From positions 1 through 20,484 of the forward strand of contig JAPWTW010000007.1 of NCBI GenBank assembly GCA_028275885.1: a DNA stretch of 20,484 nt, written 5' to 3'. The notes below the pieces were generated by a model. The model searched no databases and was not told the DNA's origin. It saw only the letters and a program-made list of their open reading frames with translations. How positions within the stretch are numbered: the first letter of the stretch is position 1; each line of letters opens with the position of its first letter. The translations under genes were made by a program, and so were the position numbers. Positions 1 to 7,705 of the stretch are shown in pieces. The DNA comes from Candidatus Nanopusillus sp. Its GTDB lineage: Archaea; Nanobdellota; Nanobdellia; Nanobdellales; Nanobdellaceae.

Positions 1-2
1 AA

Positions 3-878
3 GAAATAAAGAAATTGAATGAAGATTATTTATATAAGATATTAAAAGAATATCATGTTGTAGTAAATGCCGATCCTTTAGATAAATATAGAATAGTAAA
101 AACACTAAAAGATAAAGGTCATAGGGTGTTGTTTGTTGGAGATGGTACAAATGATGCTATAGCACTAAAAATATCAAATGTAGGTGTTTCATTTTATAAT
201 GCTACCGATATAGCAAAAGACTCTGCAAATGTTATATTAATGGATAAAGGAATAGATAAAATAACAAAATTAATTATAGAAGGAAAAAGAATTATATACA
301 ACCTAAAGGTATTTATTTTAATAACATTATCAATGATAATGGGAATATCTCTATTTATTTCAATTGGATTCCTTATATATGATCAAATATTTTTACATGC
401 TATACAATTATTATTATTAAATTTAGTAATTGAAACAATTAATTCATTATATATGGGATCAGCAGATGTTAAAGAAAAGGAAATGTTAAAGAAAATAAAG
501 GTTAAAATATTTGATAGATTTACAAAATTAGAAATTATAAGAAATATGATATTTATTGGACTTACTTCTACAATTATTTCTTTAGCTACAAACGGTAATA
601 GCTATATAATAATATTATTTTTGATAGCTGCACAGGGAGTATTATATATTCACTATGAAAAGGTATTCTCATTAAATATAACAAAAACAAAAGAATATTA
701 TATATCAATATTTTTATCTACATTCACAGTATCCATATTCTTAGTTGAAAACTTGAGAAAAATTATTGATTTTGTCATACCTTCTTTAATTGATATATCG
801 GTATTTGTAATTGTTTCATTATATTTCTTCTTTATATATACAGTAATAGAAAGAGTAGAAAATGTCAGAGGTATCTGA
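3..878 (+). CDS. Cation-transporting P-type ATPase, C-terminal part (gene begins upstream of the window)
   Basis: The frame is open from base 3, with no stop before the TTG at 15, so the listed 15..878 ORF is a fragment. VGDGTNDAIALK matches the P-type ATPase hinge motif GDGxND(A/P)xAL. It is followed by about 230 aa of hydrophobic helices. By eye that is several TM segments, more than the two expected after the hinge in heavy-metal P1B pumps. Confidence 0.8.
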   Translation, partial: EIKKLNEDYLYKILKEYHVVVNADPLDKYRIVKTLKDKGHRVLFVGDGTNDAIALKISNVGVSFYNATDIAKDSANVILMDKGIDKITKLIIEGKRIIYNLKVFILITLSMIMGISLFISIGFLIYDQIFLHAIQLLLLNLVIETINSLYMGSADVKEKEMLKKIKVKIFDRFTKLEIIRNMIFIGLTSTIISLATNGNSYIIILFLIAAQGVLYIHYEKVFSLNITKTKEYYISIFLSTFTVSIFLVENLRKIIDFVIPSLIDISVFVIVSLYFFFIYTVIERVENVRGI

Positions 879-918
879 ATTTCATCATGTATCAGCTAAC
901 TCTGACCTTCATCACTAT
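863..918 (-). ncRNA. C/D box sRNA (putative 2'-O-methylation guide)
   Basis: The minus strand reads G-UGAUGA (C, 914-909), AGGUCAGAGUUAG (13 nt), CUGA (D', 895-892), UACA, UGAUGA (C', 887-882), AAUUCAGAUACCU (13 nt), CUGA (D, 868-865). All four boxes match the consensus with canonical spacing. Short flanks (AAAU / AUUU) could pair. It lies in the 72-bp gap between two + strand genes and overlaps the ATPase stop codon antisense. Confidence 0.7.
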
Positions 919-950
919 TTTTAATAATATTAATATTAAATATAATTTTT

Positions 951-2078
951 ATGGATCTTCCTAAAATATCAATCATATTTCCTATTTATAAAAAAAGTAA
1001 ATATTTGGAATATAATATTCAGAAAATATTAGAAGATCCTTATCCAAATGACTTAAAAGAAATAATAATATCAATAGACTCTCCAGAAGATGATTTCTTA
1101 AATAAATTAATAGAATTAAAAAATAAATATAAAAATATAACATTGGTTATATCAAAAGATAGAAGGGGAAAAGTTTCTGCAACTAATGATGCAGTAAAAA
1201 TATCTTCTGGAGAGATTTTATTTTTCTTTGATGCAGATGTTATTATCGATTATATCAATATAAATGATATTGTTAATGAATTAAAAGAATATGATATAAT
1301 AGAATTCTATAAAGAAATAATCAAAAAAGGTTGGCTTGGATATCTTATGTTCATAGAATTTTCCTCATATTTTGATATAATTGATCCTATATTGAATAAA
1401 ACAAAAAGACCCTTATTCTTAAATGGTAGCGGATTTGCAACTAAAAAAATCATATGGAATGATGTAAGAGGGTATTCTAGAGTATACGTAGAAGATGTAG
1501 ATTTTGCCATGAAAGCTGGAAAAAAAGGATATAAATATCATATGTCAACAAATGTAAAATTATTAATTGAACCATTAAAAGGTTTAAGGCAATGGATTGA
1601 ACAGAGAAAAAGATGGAGTTTTGGATTGATAGAAGTAATACTAAATCATCTAGATTATATGGTAGATTTCTTTATTCACAACATGTTAACCTCTATATTG
1701 ATACTTCTAATTTTATATTTACCATACTTAATATGGACTTATATATATATTTACTTGCCAGCTTCTTTCTTATATCAAATTGCTATAGATATATATAAAA
1801 GTCTATCTAATAATGTTAGTTTTATATACCTAATAATATTAAATCCTTCATCTATCTTCAAAGTATTTAACATTCTATATCTAACTTTATTATACATATT
1901 AATAACTTCTTCTTATATATATCTATTAATTTCAATAAAGAGAAAAAAATTATATAATTTTCTCTCATTTATATTATTTTCAATATTATATATACCATTA
2001 TATGAAATAATCATAATATACGATATAATATATTATGGAATATTTGAAAGGGCTCCAAAGATGAATTGGAAAGTTTAA
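951..2078 (+). CDS. Family-2 glycosyltransferase of the processive synthase type, with a C-terminal multi-TM domain
   Basis: The N-terminus ISIIFPIYKK is a GT2 start. FFDADV is a DxD motif. VEDVDF is a (T)ED-like motif. QRKRWSFG matches the Q(Q/R)xRW motif of cellulose/chitin/hyaluronan/NodC-type synthases. The C-terminal ~150 aa are strongly hydrophobic. Confidence 0.75.
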   Translation: MDLPKISIIFPIYKKSKYLEYNIQKILEDPYPNDLKEIIISIDSPEDDFLNKLIELKNKYKNITLVISKDRRGKVSATNDAVKISSGEILFFFDADVIIDYININDIVNELKEYDIIEFYKEIIKKGWLGYLMFIEFSSYFDIIDPILNKTKRPLFLNGSGFATKKIIWNDVRGYSRVYVEDVDFAMKAGKKGYKYHMSTNVKLLIEPLKGLRQWIEQRKRWSFGLIEVILNHLDYMVDFFIHNMLTSILILLILYLPYLIWTYIYIYLPASFLYQIAIDIYKSLSNNVSFIYLIILNPSSIFKVFNILYLTLLYILITSSYIYLLISIKRKKLYNFLSFILFSILYIPLYEIIIIYDIIYYGIFERAPKMNWKV

Positions 2079-3061
2079 TGATGAAAAAAATAATAATATT
2101 AGGAACATCATCTTCAATGCCTACTAAAAGTAGAAATCATCCAGGGATATTTATAAAATTCAACAAGAAAGGAATTTTGTTAGATTGTGGTGAAAATATA
2201 CAAAGACAATTAAGAATAATGAAAATTTCACCAACAGATATAGATTATATATTAATTACACATTGGCATGGAGATCATGTTCTAGGATTGCCAGGTATTT
2301 TTCAAAGTTTATCTAGTATGAATTATAATAAAAAATTAAATATAATAATTCCAAAAGAAAATATAGAAAATTTAAAAAGAATAATTGAAGATTTTATGAT
2401 TCCAATAAACTTTGACATAAATACAATAGAAGCAAAAGATGGTTTAATAGTCGATGAAGAAGATTTCCAAATATATGGAATAAGGACAAAACATACCATA
2501 ACTTCTTATTCATATTATATTATAGAAAAAGATTATATTAAACTAGATAAAAATTTACTAAAGAAATATAATATAAAAAATAAAGAATTGATTAAAAAAA
2601 TAAAAGAGGGGAAAGAGATAGAAATAGATGGTAAGATTATATCTTATAAAGATGTTGGATATATAAAGAAAGGAATTAAAATTACATATATTACTGATAC
2701 AATATTTTTTGATAAATTGATCGATTTTGCAAAAAATAGTACAATATTAATATCCGAATCTACATATTTTTTTCAACCAGATTTAGCAAAAAAGAATATG
2801 CATATTGATTTTTTAGAAGCTAGAGAAATATTTAATAGAAGTAATAGTAAGATATTATTATTAACGCATTTCAGTCAAAGATATGATGAAGAAATTGAAA
2901 ATATAAGAAAAGATATTGAAGAAAAAAATGAAAACGTATATATATTGGATGATTTTGATGAAATAGATATATATAAAGATAAGATAGAATTAAAATTAAA
3001 AGGAAGGAAAATTATTTATAAATATGATGAAAAAACTGGAGAGATATTAAGACTCAATTAA
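2078..3061 (+). CDS. rnz: Ribonuclease Z (tRNA 3' endonuclease, metallo-beta-lactamase fold)
   Basis: ILGTSSSMPTKSRNHPG is an RNase Z-type N-terminus. THWHGDH is the HxHxDH zinc motif. The ~300 aa length fits the short form. The start could be 2066, 2078 or 2081. I prefer MMKKIIILG at 2078, which overlaps the upstream stop codon. Confidence 0.85.
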   Translation: MMKKIIILGTSSSMPTKSRNHPGIFIKFNKKGILLDCGENIQRQLRIMKISPTDIDYILITHWHGDHVLGLPGIFQSLSSMNYNKKLNIIIPKENIENLKRIIEDFMIPINFDINTIEAKDGLIVDEEDFQIYGIRTKHTITSYSYYIIEKDYIKLDKNLLKKYNIKNKELIKKIKEGKEIEIDGKIISYKDVGYIKKGIKITYITDTIFFDKLIDFAKNSTILISESTYFFQPDLAKKNMHIDFLEAREIFNRSNSKILLLTHFSQRYDEEIENIRKDIEEKNENVYILDDFDEIDIYKDKIELKLKGRKIIYKYDEKTGEILRLN

Positions 3062-3487
3062 TTTTTTCAATTCTTCCTTCAATTCTTCTAATTCTGCAGA
3101 TATATCATCCAATTCTTTCTTAATTTGATTACTATATTCCTTATTTTCTTCTTTTATCACTTCAACTTTTGGCTTCTTTCTTGTTCTTCTTTTTTCTGTA
3201 ATTTCTACTTTATTTAAATATTCAGAACTAATTTCCTTATATAATTCTTCTATATCTTTTGTTTCTGGTAATGAATTTAATAGTTCATCTATTATATCTT
3301 TTATATATTTTACATTTTCCAATAATTTATCTAATCTCTGACTTCTAACCTCATGATACTTTATATCATGCAATACATCATATAGTTGTAAATATATATC
3401 TTTTTTTACTCTCTTAATTATTTTTAATATATCTTCCTCAGATTTTATTTCAACATATAAATTATCTGTGGACATTGTGCGAACCAT
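3047..3487 (-). CDS. Hypothetical Lys/Glu-rich coiled-coil protein
   Basis: This 146-aa ORF is predicted helical with heptad-like character throughout, and I recognise no family motif. Its ATG (3487, or the alternative at 3475) lies only 4 nt after the 3' end of tRNA-Gly. It overlaps the convergent rnz 3' end by 15 bp. Confidence 0.5.
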   Translation of the reverse strand: MVRTMSTDNLYVEIKSEEDILKIIKRVKKDIYLQLYDVLHDIKYHEVRSQRLDKLLENVKYIKDIIDELLNSLPETKDIEELYKEISSEYLNKVEITEKRRTRKKPKVEVIKEENKEYSNQIKKELDDISAELEELKEELKKLIES

Positions 3488-3491
3488 TTTA

Positions 3492-3562
3492 TGCGCCGGC
3501 CGGGATTCGAACCCGGGTCATAGGCTAGGCAGGCCTACGTCCTACCACTAGACTACCGGCGC
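3492..3562 (-). tRNA. tRNA-Gly (anticodon GCC)
   Basis: Hand-folded cloverleaf: GCGCCGG-UA-GUCU-AGUGGUA-GGAC-G-UAGGC-CUGCCUA-GCCUA-UGAC-CCGGG-UUCGAAU-CCCGG-CCGGCGC-A. It has a 7-bp acceptor stem, a 4-nt variable loop and discriminator A. There is no encoded CCA and no intron. GC is about 68% in AT-rich surroundings. Confidence 0.93.
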
Positions 3563-3571
3563 TCTCCATCC

Positions 3572-4183
3572 CTATCTAAATATATCTAACACACTGTTTA
3601 TATTACTTTTTGATTCTTCTAATTTTTCTTTTAGTCCCTTTATACTTTCTAATCTCTTATTTTCATCTTCCTTTAATTCATTAACTATTCTTTCTACTTC
3701 AGACATCTTTTCTTTTAATTTTTGTAATAGTTCTCTAACTTTTTTATAATCTTCTATCTTTATTAATAATTCTTTTCTTACTTCTAATGGTCTCTCCTCT
3801 TTTAAATGTCGTTTATGAACCTTTTCCTTAACTTTCTCTTTTAATAAAGGTTTAGTTTCTTGTAAAGCTGACTGTGTTTGTTGAGTACCAACTCCAATAG
3901 ATCCAAATGTTGATTGCTGAGTTTGTTGGCCTATTCCTGCAAATTGTTGTTGACCAAATCCAGGAATTCCAAATGTTGATTGCTGAGTTTGATTTCCCAA
4001 TGTACCAAAACTTCCCGGGTTGATGTTATAATCATAAAAATTTTGGCCAGTTCCAGACATACTATAATTACCCAAATCTGTTGACATACCACCTACACTT
4101 CCAAGCTGGTTTTTTAAATTATCTAGATCCCCATAAAACTCCTCTTCTTTTTTCTTCTTACTCTTAAATAAACCAAGTACCAT
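3572..4183 (-). CDS. Hypothetical protein with a basic N-terminal helix, a Gln/Gly/Phe-rich low-complexity repeat region and a C-terminal coiled coil
   Basis: This is a 203-aa ORF. The N-terminus is MVLGLFKSKKKK. Residues ~25-105 are G/Q/S/T/F-rich with repeated QTQQSTFG units. The C-terminal ~90 aa are K/E-rich and helical. The stop codon lies 9 nt upstream of the tRNA-Gly 5' end. Confidence 0.6.
   Translation of the reverse strand: MVLGLFKSKKKKEEEFYGDLDNLKNQLGSVGGMSTDLGNYSMSGTGQNFYDYNINPGSFGTLGNQTQQSTFGIPGFGQQQFAGIGQQTQQSTFGSIGVGTQQTQSALQETKPLLKEKVKEKVHKRHLKEERPLEVRKELLIKIEDYKKVRELLQKLKEKMSEVERIVNELKEDENKRLESIKGLKEKLEESKSNINSVLDIFR
3902..3991. repeat. Two perfect 24-bp direct repeats (TCCAAATGTTGATTGCTGAGTTTG) spaced 66 bp apart inside the CDS
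   Basis: Read directly at 3902-3925 and 3968-3991. On the coding strand they encode the repeated QTQQSTFG peptide, with a period of 22 codons. Confidence 0.9.
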
Positions 4184-4219
4184 ATAATATAATTAATAAG
4201 TCATAAAATATAAATTTTA

Positions 4220-7033
4220 TTATTCAAAAAATACAATAGCTGGTTTATATGGCATTGCCCTATTCTTTTTAGATTCTTTCGATTCTTCTTCATATTCTAT
4301 AATTATATCTTTAACATTTAATTCAGATTTAAATAAATCTAGAGCAGAATTTAATAGTTCATATTCTTTTTCTCTATCTAAAAATTCATCAAGTATATAA
4401 ATATTTCTCTTTACAAATAATATTATATCTTTATAGTTTTGATAATTATTTAAAAATTCATCAATCTTATTTTTATTATTTCTTAATTCATTAAATAATT
4501 TATATTTTTCTTTACTTGCAATTATTATTTTTACTTTATTATATTTTTTATTATTCATCAATATTCTTAACTTTATTAAATCCTCCCTTACAGATTTTAT
4601 ATATTTTTCATATTTTTCATATTCATCTGTATAACTTAAATTTTCAGGATATCTTATATTAAAGGGGTCTAAACCAATTTTTTCAAATATTTCAGAAATA
4701 ATGTGTGGAACTATTGGATATAAAAATATTGCTTTATATTCAATATACTTATTTATAATTTTTCCATTTATCTTACCTAAAGATCTCTTTAGATACCATT
4801 CAAAAGAATTATCCAATTCAAATATCTTATTAATAACATTCATATAGTTTAATTTCTCATATTCATCTTCAATTTCTTTTGCTAATTTATTTATTTTATT
4901 TTCAAACCAAAGATCAATATAACTTTTTTCATATTTTTGATATTTATTATAATTTTCTATTGAATAATTATAGAAAGATATTAAATATCCCATTACAAAT
5001 TCTGACTTACTTAAATCTATCTTTGCATCATCATAAGACGAATTTGCAGACATTGCAATAATAAATCTTAATATATCTGCAGAATATTTTCTTAAAGCAT
5101 CCCTTAATGATATATAATTTCCCAATGATTTAGACATTTTTCTTCCTAATACATCTACAGCATATCCATTTATAGCAATTCCTCTTGGCCAATATTTTTT
5201 ATCAAATATTGCAACATGATGAAATATGAAGAAAGATAAATGATTTGGAACTAAATCTTTTCCAGAACTTCTTAAATCAACTGGATACCAATATTCAAAT
5301 TCTTCTTTCATCTTTTTTACAATATCTCCATATTTTCTTACTATTTCTTCTTCATTTCCTTTATTCAGAAATATATAATCAAATAGATCATCCTCAATTT
5401 TATTTGGATCTATATTTTTTATTAAATGAGCAATTGTATAAAATGCCATATATATAGTAGAATCTGATAATGATTCTATAACCCAAGATTTATCCCAAGG
5501 CAAAGGTGTTCCTAATTCATTCTTATTATGCGCACACGCCCAATCTTTTAGCCAATCAATTTTATGATGAAAATCTTGTTTTGCATATTCTGGATAAAAA
5601 TTCATATTTTCTATACATTCATGAGCAAGTTTTTTCCATTCAGGATCTGAATATTTTAAGAACCACTGATTATCTATAATTTTTACAATACATAAATTTC
5701 CATATCTAGATTCAAATCTTGGTTTTAATGTATAATGTATCTTTGCTATATTTTTTTCTATAAAATCTTTAGCTATATTATCCTTTGCTTCATATATTTT
5801 CATACCACTGTATTTTCCAAAAATATCTGTTAATATTCCATTATAATATTCCAGAGAATATATTTCTTTTGTTGCATTTTCTAATTTTTGTACATCTTTC
5901 TGATTATTTATTTTCATTTTTTCAACAATATCTTTTGCTGGTATATTATATCCTGAAACCTTAAATAAAACTTTCATATTATCTAAACATTCCTTAGCTA
6001 TTTCTTTATATTCTGTATTTAATAAATCCATTAATCCAATATAATCATATGGAGCATGAGAAGGAACACTCATAACAATACCACTTCCAGTATTTATATC
6101 TACAAATTCTGCAGGTAATATTGGTATTTCTTCTTTTGTTAATGGATTTATGCATCTTTTTCCAACTAGTTCTTTAACATCAATATCCTTAATTTTTTCT
6201 AATTTATATCCCTGTGCATTGAATTCTTCAACAATTATTGTATCTGGTAATATATATTTATTATTACTTACTTTATCTAAATATATTGAATATTTTCCAT
6301 TTGGATTTATCCATATATTAGTTACTCCATATAATGTTTCTGGCCTCAATGTAAATGCAGGTAATATTATATCCTCATCTTTTAATCTAAATAAAATTAT
6401 ATAACCTTCTGTAGGACCTATTCCAACATATTCATCTGGTCTATCATGATCACCAACAGGTATGTTTGCAATTGGATCATATACTACTGGATGTTTTCCA
6501 GTTATAACTAAACCCTTTTCTTTTAATTTTCTATATTGCCATTCTATAAATTTATTATACCATGGATGTAAATATGTTGTATAGAATTTCCTTCTCCAAT
6601 CTATTGAACATCCCAAATTTTTTATATCTTCTTCAGCCTTTTCTACAAAATAAAAAGCCCATCCTACAGGATCTTTTAATTTTTCTATATCTTCATCAGA
6701 GACTCCTTCATCTTTTAGTTCCTTTATAATTTTCTTATCTCCATTTCTTAATCTCCATGATTTTGCGACAATTGGAGATCCAGTTAGATGAAAACCTTGA
6801 GGAAATAGTACATTATAACCCTTTAATCTTTTATATCTAGCAATAATATCTACTCTAGATAAAGATAAGGCAGTACCAATATGAAGAAATCCACTTACAT
6901 ATGGATATGGAAATGTGACAAAAAACTTTGGTTTTTCTTTGTCAGGATTTGAATAATATATATGTTTTTCATCCCATATTTTTTGCCATTTTTTCTCTAT
7001 CTCTTTAAAGAATTCTATATCTTTTTCATTCAT
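4220..7033 (-). CDS. leuS: Leucyl-tRNA synthetase, archaeal type
   Basis: The 937-aa length fits. The N-terminal FPYPYVSGFLHIGTALS...IARYKRLKGYNVLFPQGFHLTGSPI is collinear with archaeal LeuRS. The HIGH region reads HIGT here. KMSKS is present as GRKMSKSLGN. There is a large insertion consistent with a CP1 editing domain. Confidence 0.9.
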   Translation of the reverse strand: MNEKDIEFFKEIEKKWQKIWDEKHIYYSNPDKEKPKFFVTFPYPYVSGFLHIGTALSLSRVDIIARYKRLKGYNVLFPQGFHLTGSPIVAKSWRLRNGDKKIIKELKDEGVSDEDIEKLKDPVGWAFYFVEKAEEDIKNLGCSIDWRRKFYTTYLHPWYNKFIEWQYRKLKEKGLVITGKHPVVYDPIANIPVGDHDRPDEYVGIGPTEGYIILFRLKDEDIILPAFTLRPETLYGVTNIWINPNGKYSIYLDKVSNNKYILPDTIIVEEFNAQGYKLEKIKDIDVKELVGKRCINPLTKEEIPILPAEFVDINTGSGIVMSVPSHAPYDYIGLMDLLNTEYKEIAKECLDNMKVLFKVSGYNIPAKDIVEKMKINNQKDVQKLENATKEIYSLEYYNGILTDIFGKYSGMKIYEAKDNIAKDFIEKNIAKIHYTLKPRFESRYGNLCIVKIIDNQWFLKYSDPEWKKLAHECIENMNFYPEYAKQDFHHKIDWLKDWACAHNKNELGTPLPWDKSWVIESLSDSTIYMAFYTIAHLIKNIDPNKIEDDLFDYIFLNKGNEEEIVRKYGDIVKKMKEEFEYWYPVDLRSSGKDLVPNHLSFFIFHHVAIFDKKYWPRGIAINGYAVDVLGRKMSKSLGNYISLRDALRKYSADILRFIIAMSANSSYDDAKIDLSKSEFVMGYLISFYNYSIENYNKYQKYEKSYIDLWFENKINKLAKEIEDEYEKLNYMNVINKIFELDNSFEWYLKRSLGKINGKIINKYIEYKAIFLYPIVPHIISEIFEKIGLDPFNIRYPENLSYTDEYEKYEKYIKSVREDLIKLRILMNNKKYNKVKIIIASKEKYKLFNELRNNKNKIDEFLNNYQNYKDIILFVKRNIYILDEFLDREKEYELLNSALDLFKSELNVKDIIIEYEEESKESKKNRAMPYKPAIVFFE

Positions 7034-7087
7034 AAAGTAAATTTAAATATAAAAATACTTTTAAAATTATTTTTTAGATTTTATTAA

Positions 7088-7705
7088 ATGGCATATAATA
7101 AAAAGTATGCTGATTGGAGTAAAAAAGTATGGATAGATATATATGCACCTGTAGAAATATTTAATGAAAATAAAATTGGAGAAACACCGGTAAATAAGGA
7201 TGATATTGAAAATGTTGTTGGGAGAACTATAGATCTAAATCTTGCATTTATATTAAATAATTTTAAATATCAAAACTATAAGGTTATATTTCAGATAAAT
7301 AAAGTATCTGGACTAAAAGCTTATACAGAAGTAAAAGAAGTAATGTTATATCCATCATATGTAAGAAGAATAACAAGAAAAGGAACATCAAAAATAGAAG
7401 ATTCATTTATAGTAAAAACAAATGATGGATATGAAGTAAGGATAAAACCATTAGTTATTACAAGATTTAAAGCTCATAGATCACAAAAAACTGAAATAAG
7501 GAAAACATATAGAAAATATTTAGAAGAAAAAGCTTCTTCATTAAAATATTATGAACTAATTGGGAAAATAATAAATTATGATTTGCAAAATGAGATAAAA
7601 CCAACATTAAATAAAATATTTCCAGTTAGTAATGTAGAAATAAGAAGAATAACAAAAATAAGTCAAATAAAACAAGAAATCATACAAACAGTAGAAAATA
7701 GATAA
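7088..7705 (+). CDS. rps3ae: 30S ribosomal protein S3Ae (eS1)
   Basis: KKVWIDIYAP, IGETPVN, VGRTI, YVRRITRKGTSKIED, TNDGYEVRIKPLVIT...AHRSQKTEIRK and VEIRR are collinear with archaeal S3Ae. The 205-aa length fits. Confidence 0.8.
   Translation: MAYNKKYADWSKKVWIDIYAPVEIFNENKIGETPVNKDDIENVVGRTIDLNLAFILNNFKYQNYKVIFQINKVSGLKAYTEVKEVMLYPSYVRRITRKGTSKIEDSFIVKTNDGYEVRIKPLVITRFKAHRSQKTEIRKTYRKYLEEKASSLKYYELIGKIINYDLQNEIKPTLNKIFPVSNVEIRRITKISQIKQEIIQTVENR

Noticed and set aside
3047-3061. The 15-bp overlap of the convergent rnz and 146-aa ORF 3' ends, considered as a sign of mis-annotation or frameshift.
   Set aside because: Both frames are uninterrupted with sensible C-termini. Short convergent overlaps and 0-bp gaps recur in this window (7705/7706 and 8844-8854), consistent with general genome compaction.
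3572-4183. Interpreting the STFG/Q-rich repeats as homology to eukaryotic FG nucleoporins.
   Set aside because: The resemblance is purely compositional, with only two or three short repeats. Low-complexity similarity is not evidence of common ancestry. It is reported only as an unusual low-complexity domain.
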